NCBI GenBank assembly: GCA_937900965.1 | Contig: CALCGJ010000247.1 | Location: 752 to 64,751 of the forward strand | Source: an uncultured Bacteroidota bacterium | Lineage (GTDB): Bacteria > Bacteroidota > Bacteroidia > Bacteroidales > FEN-979 | Length of the DNA stretch: 64,000 nucleotides | Reading direction: 5' to 3' | In this document: positions 34,776 through 45,026 of the stretch, in pieces | How the letters are laid out: every line of letters begins with the position of its first letter | Position numbering within the stretch: the first letter of the stretch is position 1 | Program-made: the position numbers and the translations under genes | Notes under the pieces: model-generated | What the model was told of the DNA's origin: nothing | The model's input: the letters and a program-made list of their open reading frames with translations, nothing else | Databases searched by the model: none

Positions 34776-35378
34776 ATGATAGTAACTATCCACCAACCAG
34801 AGCACTTTCCGTATCTTGGCTTTTTCCAGAAAATGAAAGCAGCAGATCTGTTTGTAATCCTGGATAATGTACACTACCGAAAAAACTACTGGGTGAACAG
34901 AAACTGGTTCACAGATGAAAATCAGAATAAGAGTTTTTTTACGGTTATTGTAGAACCGAAGGCCACACACAAAGATATCGGTGAGGTTCTAGTAGCCCCG
35001 GAAAATATGTGGAAACGGAAATTACTTGCTAAGCTGCAGTCCCATTACAAACACGATTTTTCCGGGATATATGAAGGCGAAAAGTTGATTGAAATAAATA
35101 TGAAGGGGTTGGAGTTTTGCCGTGAAAAATTGAATATAACCGTACCAATGGTTTATGCCTCCTCACTGGGTGTAGACGGTGCAAAATCAGATCTGCTTGT
35201 TGAAATTTTGAAAAAAGTCAATGCCACACGCTATATATCAGGTTCTTTTGGCAAGGAATACCTTGATCTTGAGCTCTTTAAAGATCAGTGTATTGAGGTT
35301 GAATTTTTTGAACCTAAAGTGAATAATTACCACACCATCCTGGAATATATTTTCGGCAAAGATGAATTAATCTTTTAA
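34776..35378 (+). CDS. WbqC-family protein
   Basis: 200 aa. The N-terminal segment IHQPEHFPYLGFFQKMKAADLFVILDNVHYRKNYWVNRN matches the WbqC signature. Confidence 0.8.
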   Translation: MIVTIHQPEHFPYLGFFQKMKAADLFVILDNVHYRKNYWVNRNWFTDENQNKSFFTVIVEPKATHKDIGEVLVAPENMWKRKLLAKLQSHYKHDFSGIYEGEKLIEINMKGLEFCREKLNITVPMVYASSLGVDGAKSDLLVEILKKVNATRYISGSFGKEYLDLELFKDQCIEVEFFEPKVNNYHTILEYIFGKDELIF

Positions 35379-35388
35379 TTTCTAGACT

Positions 35389-36030
35389 ATGAAAAATGTA
35401 TTAGCCATTGGTGCGCATCCGGATGATGTTGAATTCGGTTGTGCGGGAACATTAGCAAAGCATCTGGATAACGGCGATAAAGTCACCATAGCGCATATGA
35501 CATGTAGTGACAGCATGAACATCAATCATGAGATCGTTGACACCAAGGAACTTAGAAAAAAAGAGGCTGAAACTGCCGCAAAGATTATCGGGGCAGATCT
35601 GATCATCCTGGATTTTCTGGATCAGCTTGTTCCGTTTGACAGGGAGAGTATTTTTGCCATCGAGCGGTTAATCAAGAAGCTTAACATTGATACGATCTAT
35701 TCTCACTGGAACGGGGATTCACACCAGGATCATATCAATACACTGAAGGCTGTTTTTGCTGCAGGACGTTATGTCGACAGCATCTTCCTTTTCGAGCAGG
35801 TTCCTTACCCCAGGGTTGGGAAGATCTTTTCTGAGGTCAATTATTATGTAGATATATCTGATTATTACCACATTAAAGAGAAATCCCTGATAGCCCATGA
35901 ATCCCAGGTAGTAGGTAGATATGCGAATAAGATCCTCACGGGAATGAGATCACTTGCTGAATTCAGGGGAAGCCAATGTACCTGCAGGTATGCAGAAGCA
36001 TTTGAAGCAGTTAAACAAATTATCAGATAA
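35389..36030 (+). CDS. PIG-L / LmbE-family N-acetylglucosaminyl deacetylase
   Basis: 213 aa with LAIGAHPDDVEFGCAGTL and HQDH metal motifs. Confidence 0.85.
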   Translation: MKNVLAIGAHPDDVEFGCAGTLAKHLDNGDKVTIAHMTCSDSMNINHEIVDTKELRKKEAETAAKIIGADLIILDFLDQLVPFDRESIFAIERLIKKLNIDTIYSHWNGDSHQDHINTLKAVFAAGRYVDSIFLFEQVPYPRVGKIFSEVNYYVDISDYYHIKEKSLIAHESQVVGRYANKILTGMRSLAEFRGSQCTCRYAEAFEAVKQIIR

Positions 36031-36050
36031 TATTGAGAAGGTAAAAGGGT

Positions 36051-37526
36051 TTAGGCCATAATCGGAATCCCTGCCGCTCTCTTTTCAGCAATCTCCTTAT
36101 CGTATTTTGGTGACAGGAAAATAAATACCATTGAGCTATACATAAGCAAACCGGTTGGCATCTGACCAAAAACTCCGTTTCCATAACTGGAAAGCATAAT
36201 GCCGAAGATTCCACTGATGATAGCTACCATTTGCCCACGCAACTCTGGATCCCTTATCCTGTGCATAATGATATAAGAACCCTTAATCAGGATAAAAGCC
36301 ATCAATGAGAGGTGTAAAGCCAATCCCACCATCCCCTGCTCTGCCCAGATTTCAACATACCAGCTATCAGTGGCTGTATTTGACAGAAATGTATTGGGTG
36401 CAAACCGTTGAGCTTTCGCCCCCGCATTTCCTATCCCTCCACCAAACGGTCGTTGAATGAGGTACGGACGAAGCTTGGCCTGGTTCTCCAATCGTACCAG
36501 AAGAGAGGGGTTGTTTGGATCAAAGGCACCCCGCATCCGTTGAATGAAGTAAATACCTTGCCCTATATAGGTGTATCGGAAAAATACGAACACAGATAGG
36601 CCGACAAGCACGCCAACAAAAAATAGTTTGAAGTTCCTGTTTAATAGGAGCCAGAAAATACCTGCACCACCCACCACACCCCAGATACCCCGGGTACCTG
36701 AGATAAACATACCCCAGAAACAGAAAAATGCAACGACAATAAAGAAAATCCGTTTTCGGTTATCTTTTACCGTTAGAGCGATGATACTTGCAACCATTGC
36801 GGTATGGCCCTGCGAAGCGCCAAATTGTCCTGCATCAGTGAAGAAAGAGAACACCCTGAGCTTTCCAAAGAGAATGTGTGTGGATCGGCCCACTACATCA
36901 AGCCATCTAACCTCATAGGGATCCAGCCCAACATAAAGCTGGATAAACCCTTTAAAAGATCCAAGCACTTCAAAAAACATCCAGAAGTAAAGGAAGTACA
37001 TAAAGTACTTATACTTATCCATCAGAATGAGCATCAGGATAACCGTCATCACCATATACATGCTGACACTTCTTACGGAATAAATCCATGCCAGCCGACT
37101 TACAACCGCTGGGTTGACAAGTTCAAACAAAGAGTAGCCAAGCCAGATCAGCGCCACATTAAGAACCTGGTTATTCAGGCGGGACCAATCAAACTTCTCA
37201 TAGAAGAACTTGAAAAATACAGCGATAAATGTCAGAACCAGGAATCCATCCACCAGCAACCCGAAAGGAGCCTGCAAGACATAGCGGGCAAGACCTAAAG
37301 CGATAAAATTCACTACGTAAACGGCGAAAAAACCTACAACAGGGTTTTCAAAAACTTTGATCAGGAAAAAAACAGCAAACGGAAGAACCAGTAATGCTGC
37401 AACAGCAAGCAAGCCCTGATCGGCAATAAAAAAACCTGCCCCAATCAAACTGATAAATAGAAGTGAAAGGACCAACGGGTTGTTTATCCGGTAGGCTCCC
37501 GACTTGACAATGAATTGGTCTTCCAT
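36051..37526 (-). CDS. O-antigen ligase / Wzy-type polymerase family membrane protein
   Basis: 491 aa with more than 10 TM helices and a Wzy_C-like loop containing FISGTRGIWG. It is the only minus-strand gene in the locus. Confidence 0.75.
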   Translation of the reverse strand: MEDQFIVKSGAYRINNPLVLSLLFISLIGAGFFIADQGLLAVAALLVLPFAVFFLIKVFENPVVGFFAVYVVNFIALGLARYVLQAPFGLLVDGFLVLTFIAVFFKFFYEKFDWSRLNNQVLNVALIWLGYSLFELVNPAVVSRLAWIYSVRSVSMYMVMTVILMLILMDKYKYFMYFLYFWMFFEVLGSFKGFIQLYVGLDPYEVRWLDVVGRSTHILFGKLRVFSFFTDAGQFGASQGHTAMVASIIALTVKDNRKRIFFIVVAFFCFWGMFISGTRGIWGVVGGAGIFWLLLNRNFKLFFVGVLVGLSVFVFFRYTYIGQGIYFIQRMRGAFDPNNPSLLVRLENQAKLRPYLIQRPFGGGIGNAGAKAQRFAPNTFLSNTATDSWYVEIWAEQGMVGLALHLSLMAFILIKGSYIIMHRIRDPELRGQMVAIISGIFGIMLSSYGNGVFGQMPTGLLMYSSMVFIFLSPKYDKEIAEKRAAGIPIMA

Positions 37527-37558
37527 ATCCGGTAAGAAAATCGTACTCGTTGAAAAAC

Positions 37559-37566
37559 CAAATTTA
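37559..37566 (-). promoter_or_regulatory. TAnnTTTG box on the minus strand (TAAATTTG)
   Basis: Plus-strand CAAATTTA lies 33 nt upstream of the minus-strand ATG at 37526. Confidence 0.4.
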
Positions 37567-37662
37567 GTAAAATCTAAGGATAAAATGTCTAGTAATTATT
37601 GTAAATTATTGTAAATTTACTTTGTATAACAATAGAGAATACAGAAGTTTCAATTCCTTAAC

Positions 37663-38601
37663 GTGAATGAACATCATAAAGTGACAGAAAAACTTCCACT
37701 TGTTTCAATAATAACTGTTAATTATAATTGTGCTGAGATAACCTGTCAGATGCTTGAGTCATTGTACCTCATTACTTATCCTAACATCGAGGTAATTGTT
37801 ATTGACAATGGCTCTCCTGACGACAATCCTAAGATCATTCATGAGAAGTATCCTCAGGCAACCTATATTGAGACAGGTGAGAATCTGGGATTTGCCGGCG
37901 CCAACAACCTGGGTATCTGCATGTCAAAAGGAAAATATATCCTTCTGATCAACAATGATACGATTGTTACTCCCGGATTCCTTGAGCCGCTGGTCAATAA
38001 GATGGAATCGGATCCTGGAATAGGAGCAGTTAGTCCCAAGATCCGTTATTATTACCTGCCCGACACTTTGCAATATGCAGGACTGACACCGATCAACTCG
38101 TTTACCATACGAAGTCGGGCCTATGGATATATGGAGAAAGATACCGGACAGCACGATCAGGACAGGATTTCTGCTTATGCGCATGGTGCTGCCATGATGG
38201 TTTCCCGGGAGGTTGTGGAAGAAGTGGGATTGATGTCTCTCGTCTTTTTTCTTTATTATGAAGAGCTGGATTGGGGATTCAGGATCCGGAAAGCAGGATA
38301 CAAAATTTATTACGTGCATAACTCGATGATTTACCACATGGAATCAGCGGCCACCGGAAAACAGAGTCCCCTCAAAACATACTACCTGAATAGAAGCCGT
38401 CTCCTGTATATGCGAAGAAATGTACTAGGCGTTAAGTCTATCATTCCTATCCTGTTCCAATTGGTTCTGGCCATCCCGAAAAACATGGCATTTTTCCTGC
38501 TCAAGGGAAAAGTTGATCTTTTCCGTGCCTATTGCCGGGCAGTGGGGTGGCAAATCCGGACAGCTTTCCATAAATTTATCCATGAACATCCGACATGTTA
38601 G
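37663..38601 (+). CDS. family 2 glycosyltransferase (rhamnosyltransferase-like)
   Basis: 312 aa with VSIITVNYN, VIDNGSPDD, LINNDT, and a C-terminal amphipathic/TM tail. The start is GTG. Confidence 0.85.
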   Translation: MNEHHKVTEKLPLVSIITVNYNCAEITCQMLESLYLITYPNIEVIVIDNGSPDDNPKIIHEKYPQATYIETGENLGFAGANNLGICMSKGKYILLINNDTIVTPGFLEPLVNKMESDPGIGAVSPKIRYYYLPDTLQYAGLTPINSFTIRSRAYGYMEKDTGQHDQDRISAYAHGAAMMVSREVVEEVGLMSLVFFLYYEELDWGFRIRKAGYKIYYVHNSMIYHMESAATGKQSPLKTYYLNRSRLLYMRRNVLGVKSIIPILFQLVLAIPKNMAFFLLKGKVDLFRAYCRAVGWQIRTAFHKFIHEHPTC

Positions 38602-39530
38602 TAAGAAAAAAACTTTCCAGGTATCCACTTGTCTCCATTGTGTCGGTCAATTACGATCATCCTGAAGTAACATGCGATTTCATCGAATCACTACATAAAA
38701 TAACCTACCCGAATTTCGAGGTTATCATCGTCGATAATAAATCCCCCAACGATAACCCGGCTATTATCAAAGAGCGGTTCCCAAACGTTATCCTCTACGA
38801 AAGCAATATCAACTGGGGTTTTGCAGGCGGAAACAACCAGGGGATCATGCGGGCAAAAGGAGAATACGTGATATTGTTGAATAATGATACAATTGTTGAC
38901 CCGCATTTCCTTGAACCCCTTGTTGAGAAACTTGAGAATAACCCACAGATCGGGGCAGTAAGTCCTAAGATCCGATTCTATTACGATCCGGATGTTATTC
39001 AATATGCCGGCTTTTATCCGATCAACCGGTATACAGTCAGGAATGCAGCTGTCGGTTTCCGGGAAAAAGATAAAGGGCAGTATGATACCGATTACGAGAC
39101 TGCCTATGCGCATGGTGCTGGGATGATGGTTCCCATGCGGGTGATCAAGGAGATAGGACTGATGTCCTACATCTTCTTTCTCTATTATGAGGAGGCTGAC
39201 TGGAGTTTCCGTATTATAAAAGCCGGATACCAGATATGGTATGTACACAATTCCCTGGTATTTCACAAAGAGTCTGTTTCCACCGGGAAACTGAGTTTAT
39301 TGAAAACCTACTACCTGAACCGCAACAGGATAGTATTTATGCGTAGAAATATCGATGGAAAAGATTTTTACATTGGAATCCTGTATCAGATACTCGTGGC
39401 GATCCCGAAAAATATCCTGGTTTTGCTGTTAAAACTCAGAATTAAATTTGTTTTTGCCTATCTTCGGGCTATCGGATGGCATCTGAACAATGCGTTCAAT
39501 AAGGATATACATGATAACCCATCATTGTAG
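38595..39530 (+). CDS. family 2 glycosyltransferase, tandem paralogue of 37663-38601
   Basis: 311 aa, colinear with the previous protein at roughly 55-60 percent identity by eye. It overlaps that gene by 7 nt. Confidence 0.85.
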   Translation: MLVRKKLSRYPLVSIVSVNYDHPEVTCDFIESLHKITYPNFEVIIVDNKSPNDNPAIIKERFPNVILYESNINWGFAGGNNQGIMRAKGEYVILLNNDTIVDPHFLEPLVEKLENNPQIGAVSPKIRFYYDPDVIQYAGFYPINRYTVRNAAVGFREKDKGQYDTDYETAYAHGAGMMVPMRVIKEIGLMSYIFFLYYEEADWSFRIIKAGYQIWYVHNSLVFHKESVSTGKLSLLKTYYLNRNRIVFMRRNIDGKDFYIGILYQILVAIPKNILVLLLKLRIKFVFAYLRAIGWHLNNAFNKDIHDNPSL

Positions 39531-39552
39531 CTTGATTAAAATTTGATTCTTT

Positions 39553-40773
39553 ATGGTGACTGATATCATCTTCTTGATTTTGCTTATCCTCCAGGGGATA
39601 ATCTTTCTCTATCTCGCATTCGGGACCATCTACATTTTTATCTTCACAATTGCCTCCTTATTCCCTTACCGTCCAAAGTCACCCAGTACAAACATACAGA
39701 ACCGTATCGCAGTAATGATCCCTGGCTATAAAGAGGATGAGGTAATTGTGGATGTGGCTAAAGATGCTCTGAGACAGGATTACCCGCAGGATCTATTCGA
39801 TGTGATCGTGATAGCCGACTCTTTCAAACCCGAAACTATTGATGAATTGAAGAGCTTACCAATCAAGGTAATTGAGGTTCAGTTCGATCAGAGCACTAAA
39901 TCCAAAGCGCTGAATAAAGCAATGCTACAGCTACCTGATAATTATTATAATATCACTGTTGTTCTGGATGCTGACAATATGATGGCCCCTGATTTCCTGA
40001 ATCTGATCAATGCCTCATACAATGTCGGGTTCATGGCAATTCAAGGTCATAGGGTTGCCAAAAATACCAATACCAACTTCGCTGTCCTTGACGCCGTAAG
40101 TGAAGAGGTCAACAACTCCATTTTCCGGAAAGGACACCGGTGTATGGGTCTCTCTTCCAGCCTGATTGGTTCGGGAATGGCGTTTGACTATACATTTTTA
40201 AAAGAACTAATGTCAACCGTTAAAGCAGTAGGAGGCTTCGACAAAGAGATTGAACTGAAAATGCTGAAACAGGGGGTCAGGATTGAATACCTGGATAAAG
40301 CATTTGTATATGATGAGAAGGTACAGAAGGAGGAGGTCTTTGTGAAACAGAGGCGCAGATGGCTCTCAGCTCAAATCCATTATGCGGGCTTTTTTGGAGA
40401 TGCGCTGAAAAACTTCTTTTCCCATGGAAACATCGACTACCTCGACAAAGCCAAGCAGATGCTGTTGCCTCCACGGATCCTGTTGATTGGATTGCTACCG
40501 ATCTTTACCATTATTTCAATTTTCGTGAACCCACTAGTCTTTACAATCATCTGGGCCGGTCTCCTAGCCATGCTGATAATCACATTTCTTTTTGCTATCC
40601 CACGAAAGTTCTACAATAGAAAGACGCTGGGAGCCGTACTCTCTATACCAAAAGGAATATTCCTGATGTTCACCTCTTTAGCTACTACCAGAGGAGCTAA
40701 TAAAAAGTTTATACATACAGAACATACAACCGGAGAAACAAATTCCAAATTTCAAGTTCCAAACACAAAATAA
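39553..40773 (+). CDS. membrane-embedded family 2 glycosyltransferase with QRRRW motif (synthase-like)
   Basis: 406 aa with one N-terminal TM, a GT2 core (VMIPGYKEDEV, VLDADN), VKQRRRWLSAQ, and then 3-4 C-terminal TM helices. Confidence 0.75.
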   Translation: MVTDIIFLILLILQGIIFLYLAFGTIYIFIFTIASLFPYRPKSPSTNIQNRIAVMIPGYKEDEVIVDVAKDALRQDYPQDLFDVIVIADSFKPETIDELKSLPIKVIEVQFDQSTKSKALNKAMLQLPDNYYNITVVLDADNMMAPDFLNLINASYNVGFMAIQGHRVAKNTNTNFAVLDAVSEEVNNSIFRKGHRCMGLSSSLIGSGMAFDYTFLKELMSTVKAVGGFDKEIELKMLKQGVRIEYLDKAFVYDEKVQKEEVFVKQRRRWLSAQIHYAGFFGDALKNFFSHGNIDYLDKAKQMLLPPRILLIGLLPIFTIISIFVNPLVFTIIWAGLLAMLIITFLFAIPRKFYNRKTLGAVLSIPKGIFLMFTSLATTRGANKKFIHTEHTTGETNSKFQVPNTK

Positions 40774-40809
40774 AATTCAATATCAAATGATCGTATATTC
40801 AACAATCTT

Positions 40810-41961
40810 ATGAGGGTAGCAATAGAGGGACAACGGCTTTTCAGGGCAAAAAAACACGGAATGGACTTCGTGGCCTTAGAACTTGTGAAGAATATTCAGA
40901 AGTTGGATCTGGAAAATGAATATGTTGTCTTCGTTAAACCGGACGAGGATGTTTGCCTTCAATCGACAGAAAACATGAAGATCGTTGAACTTGGTGGAGG
41001 TCCATACCCAACATGGGAACAGCATGCATTACCCAAGGCAGTGAAAAAATACAAATGTGATCTTCTCCATTGCACAAGCAACACGGCTCCTTTGTACAAT
41101 CCGGTTCCTATGATTGTTACCCTCCATGATATTTTTTACCTTGAAAATGTCAGCCTTTTCAGAAAAGGTTTTACTGCCTACCAGAAATTCGGGAATATGT
41201 ACAGACGTTATGTTGTCCCGGGCGTCGTAAAAAGGGCTAAACGGGTCATCACTGTCTCCAGATCGGAGAAAAACAGGATTATCCATTTCTTCCATTTAAA
41301 GGATGAACAGGTTTCAGTGGTCTATAATGGGGTGAGCTTAATTTTCAAGCCGGTTACTGATAAAACTACCCTGGAGGAAATCCGGATGACTTATAAACTA
41401 CCGGAGAATTTCATTTTCTTTCTTGGAAATACAGATCCGAAGAAAAATACCAGAGGAGTTGTAACAGCATTCGCCAAATATATCCGGGAGTCGAAAAGCC
41501 AGATCTCGATGGTGATTGCTGATTACCCGAAGGAGGATCTGGAGCGAATTTTGCAGGAGATCCATGATCCTGATATCATGAAGTATATCCATCGGCTCGA
41601 TTATATCAAAAACACAGATCTGCCGGGGATTTACACGATGGCAGATTTATTCCTATACCCCTCTTTCAGAGAGAGTTTCGGGATCCCGATACTGGAAGCA
41701 ATGGCATGTGGTACACCGGTTATTACATCCAATGTATTTTCCATGCCAGAAGTTGCTGGCGATGCTGCTCTTCTGGTAGATCCGACAAATCCCTTTGATC
41801 TGACACGTGGCATACATAAGGTCATTTCAGAGCCTGATTTCAGTAAAAGTTTGTCGGAAAAAGGATTGGTGCAGGCGACACGCTTCTCGTGGGCCAAAAT
41901 GGCAAAAGATTACATGGAAATCTACAAAGAAATTGTTGAGGGAAATGCAAATAAAATGTAA
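40810..41961 (+). CDS. GT4-family (GT-B) glycosyltransferase
   Basis: 383 aa with the E-x7-E region SFRESFGIPILEAMACGTPVITSN. Confidence 0.85.
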   Translation: MRVAIEGQRLFRAKKHGMDFVALELVKNIQKLDLENEYVVFVKPDEDVCLQSTENMKIVELGGGPYPTWEQHALPKAVKKYKCDLLHCTSNTAPLYNPVPMIVTLHDIFYLENVSLFRKGFTAYQKFGNMYRRYVVPGVVKRAKRVITVSRSEKNRIIHFFHLKDEQVSVVYNGVSLIFKPVTDKTTLEEIRMTYKLPENFIFFLGNTDPKKNTRGVVTAFAKYIRESKSQISMVIADYPKEDLERILQEIHDPDIMKYIHRLDYIKNTDLPGIYTMADLFLYPSFRESFGIPILEAMACGTPVITSNVFSMPEVAGDAALLVDPTNPFDLTRGIHKVISEPDFSKSLSEKGLVQATRFSWAKMAKDYMEIYKEIVEGNANKM

Positions 41962-41972
41962 CCAATACCGAT

Positions 41973-44384
41973 ATGGAAAATAGGGATTTTATAATTATAG
42001 GACTACCTGCCTGGGATCTTCCTATCGCTACAACACGGAAATACACCGCGTTGGAGATCTCCCGAAAAAACCGGGTCCTGTTTGTAAATCTGCCGGAAAC
42101 ACGCACTACATATCTTAAGCAGAAAAACAACCCTTTGATTCAGAAACGAAAAAGGATCCTGCAAGGGAAGGAACCTGATCTTGTTCAGGTTTCCCCAACC
42201 ATGTGGGTATTGTACCCCAAAATGGTAAGTGAGTCTATCAACTGGATACCGGTTCATCAACTCTTTTATTTTTTAAATTACCTGAACGAGAGATTGTTTG
42301 CCTCAAGGATCAAGAAAGCCGTTAAAGAACTTGGTTTTCATGACTGCATCATCCTGAACGACAATTCGATGCTGACCGGTTACTCCCTGAAGGAGATGCT
42401 GAAACCCAGTCTTTATATTTACCTGCTGCGGGATGCAGTAACCCTTGTCCCCTATCACGGTAAGCATGGGACAAAGTATGAGCCTAAATTGATTGCAAAG
42501 TCGGATCTCACTGTAACGAATTCAAGTTTCTTTGGTAATTATGCGAGGCAGCATAATCCCAATTCACACACAATCGGACAAGGATGCGATGTATCGATGT
42601 ACAGTGATCCGGATGGCACACTACCTATCCCGGAAGATGTGAAAGACATTCAACGGCCGATCATCGGATATACCGGTGCCCTGACCACAATCAGGCTGGA
42701 TCCTGGAATCCTAGAATTTGTGGCAAAAGCACATCCCGAATGGAGCATTGTCCTGGTTGGACCTGAAGATGAGGGCTTCAGGGGAAGTAATCTTCATCAG
42801 TTACCCAATATCCATTTCCTGGGCAGAAAAGATCCTGCAGAACTTCCCGGATATGTAAAGTCATTTGATGTTGCCATCAATCCTCAACTCCACAATCCGA
42901 TTACAGATGTAAACTATCCGTTGAAAATTGATGAGTACCTGGCTATGGGGAAACCTGTTGTTGCTACAAAGACTGCCTTCATGGATTATTTCAAAGATCA
43001 TTCGTGCCTGGCATCCACCAATGAGGAGTGGGTTCTATGCATTGAAAAACTGCTGCTGGGAGATTCGCCTGAATGCATTACCAAAAGGAAAGCCCTTGCT
43101 GCCGAGCATACCTGGGAAAACTTTGTCGGAAAAATATATACATTAGCTATGGATACAGAAAACAACAAACAAAGAGCGATCAGTCCTGATTGTGACATCG
43201 TGATCACAGGACTTCAATCATGGTATATGTCAATGGGTGGAAATGCAGTAAACATGGCCAAAGAGCTGTCAAAGACCCATCGGGTTTTATATGTCAATTA
43301 TCCTGTTGACAGACTTGCCCTGCTCTTGAGACACAAAACCATGGCTGTAAAAAAATACAAGGAAGCCAAAGCCAATCAATATGCACTGATTGACCTGGTC
43401 TCCCCTAACCTGTGGGTATATACTCCCGATGTTGTGATGGAATCTGTTGGCAGGATAAAACTCCGGTGGCTTTTTGACCTTATAAATGCGATAAACGCAA
43501 AGAGATTTGCAAAAAAGGTTAAAGAGGCTGTGTCGAAACTTGGATTCAAGGATTTTGTCGTTATGACCGACAATGATTTTTACCGCAGCTACAAACTGAA
43601 AGAGATCCTCAATCCCGTTTTGTTTATCTACTATATCAGGGATTTTATGATTGATACGGATTTTTATCGCCATCATGGTCCGAGAAGGGAAGCGATCATA
43701 ATGAAAAAAGCGGACCTTGTGGTTGCGAACTCTGAGTTCCTGGCTGCCTATGCACGAAAAAACAATCCCAATTCATACTATGTGGGTCAGGGTTGCGATT
43801 CGGTGCTGTTTGATGCGGATAAATCCTATGAAATCCCTGAAGATATGAAAGAGATCAGGGAGAAGTTCAAGGTCATTATTGGATACGTAGGTGCCCTCAG
43901 AACACTCAGGATCGATCTGAAGTTACTTGAGTATATTGCAGAACATCATCCCGAATGGGCACTTGTCCTTGTAGGATGGGAAGGTGAAGCTTTTCAGAAA
44001 AGCAAACTCCACGAGATGCCCAATGTGTTTTTTCTTGGGTCCAAAAAGGAGTCGGAGCTGCCCGTTTACATTAATGCCTTTGATATTGCCACCAACCCCC
44101 AGATCTACAATGCAGTCACAAAAGGTAATTACCCGCGAAAAATCGATGAATACCTGGCTATGGGGAAACCTGTTTTAGCTACCAAAACGGAAGCGATGGA
44201 GATGTTTGCCGATTATTGTTACCTGGGAAGTACCCCGGAGGAGTATTGCGAGCTGATTGAAAAGGCAGTAAAAGAAGACACACCGGAACTTCACGAAAAG
44301 AGGATCAAGTTAGGCAGACTTCACAGCTGGAAGAATAACATCCACGAAATATTCGAAAAAATTAAATTAGTCAGACCATCCTAA
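41973..44384 (+). CDS. double-module GT-B glycosyltransferase (two TuaH-like halves in one polypeptide)
   Basis: 803 aa. Halves 1-395 and about 400-803 are colinear, for example NYPLKIDEYLAMGKPVVATKTAFMDYF against NYPRKIDEYLAMGKPVLATKTEAMEMF. Confidence 0.7.
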   Translation: MENRDFIIIGLPAWDLPIATTRKYTALEISRKNRVLFVNLPETRTTYLKQKNNPLIQKRKRILQGKEPDLVQVSPTMWVLYPKMVSESINWIPVHQLFYFLNYLNERLFASRIKKAVKELGFHDCIILNDNSMLTGYSLKEMLKPSLYIYLLRDAVTLVPYHGKHGTKYEPKLIAKSDLTVTNSSFFGNYARQHNPNSHTIGQGCDVSMYSDPDGTLPIPEDVKDIQRPIIGYTGALTTIRLDPGILEFVAKAHPEWSIVLVGPEDEGFRGSNLHQLPNIHFLGRKDPAELPGYVKSFDVAINPQLHNPITDVNYPLKIDEYLAMGKPVVATKTAFMDYFKDHSCLASTNEEWVLCIEKLLLGDSPECITKRKALAAEHTWENFVGKIYTLAMDTENNKQRAISPDCDIVITGLQSWYMSMGGNAVNMAKELSKTHRVLYVNYPVDRLALLLRHKTMAVKKYKEAKANQYALIDLVSPNLWVYTPDVVMESVGRIKLRWLFDLINAINAKRFAKKVKEAVSKLGFKDFVVMTDNDFYRSYKLKEILNPVLFIYYIRDFMIDTDFYRHHGPRREAIIMKKADLVVANSEFLAAYARKNNPNSYYVGQGCDSVLFDADKSYEIPEDMKEIREKFKVIIGYVGALRTLRIDLKLLEYIAEHHPEWALVLVGWEGEAFQKSKLHEMPNVFFLGSKKESELPVYINAFDIATNPQIYNAVTKGNYPRKIDEYLAMGKPVLATKTEAMEMFADYCYLGSTPEEYCELIEKAVKEDTPELHEKRIKLGRLHSWKNNIHEIFEKIKLVRPS

Positions 44385-44393
44385 ACCACGTAT

Positions 44394-45011
44394 ATGTCAT
44401 TTACTGAACGAATAAAAACCAGTCCCAGGTTGAAAAAACTGGCCTCATGGGCATTGATGCCACGGAATCAGGCAAGGCCACGTTTGTGGGTGAAGTGGTT
44501 CCTTAATCCAATCATCCATCACAAGGGAAAGCATACGTTGATTTGCAAGCGAACCCGGATTGATATTTTGCCGTTTAACAAGTTTTACATCGGGGATGAG
44601 TCTACCATCGAAGACTTCGCAACTATAAATAATGGAGTCGGAGATATCTATATCGGTGACCGGACACGCATTGGCCTTGGATGTACCCTGATAGGACCGG
44701 TAAGGATCGGGAATGATGTCAGGTTGGCTCAGAATGTCGTCATGTCGGGATTAAACCATAAATACGAAGACATATCACTTCCGATCTCCCAGCAGGGTGT
44801 AACCACAACCAACATTGTTGTCGAAGATGAAGTGTGGGTTGGTGCAAATTGTGTGGTACTTCCAGGTGTTACCATCAAAAAACACGCCGTGGTGGCAGCG
44901 GGGAGTGTTGTAAGACGTAACGTACCGGCCTATTCAGTGGTAGCCGGAAATCCGGCCGTTGTGAAAAAAATGTACAACAAGGAGACAAAAATGTGGGAGT
45001 GGAAAGAGTAA
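44394..45011 (+). CDS. hexapeptide-repeat (left-handed beta-helix) acetyltransferase
   Basis: 205 aa with [LIV]-G-x-x-x-x repeats (IGDRTRIGLGCTLIGPVRIGNDVRLAQNVVM..VGANCVVLPGVTI). Confidence 0.8.
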   Translation: MSFTERIKTSPRLKKLASWALMPRNQARPRLWVKWFLNPIIHHKGKHTLICKRTRIDILPFNKFYIGDESTIEDFATINNGVGDIYIGDRTRIGLGCTLIGPVRIGNDVRLAQNVVMSGLNHKYEDISLPISQQGVTTTNIVVEDEVWVGANCVVLPGVTIKKHAVVAAGSVVRRNVPAYSVVAGNPAVVKKMYNKETKMWEWKE

Positions 45012-45026
45012 CTTAATTCAATTATC

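Noticed and set aside
37611-37640. Direct repeat AATTATTGTA x2 and the near-match TTACTTTG upstream of the GT2 gene at 37663
   Set aside because: The box has a mismatch at the invariant A, and the repeat is short and AT-rich. I could not support a promoter call.
36571-39266. Long antisense ORFs inside the Wzy gene (36571-36918, 36804-37298) and the GT2 genes (37924-38337, 38691-39266)
   Set aside because: They lie opposite genes with clear family motifs. Their compositions are low-complexity and they have no start context.
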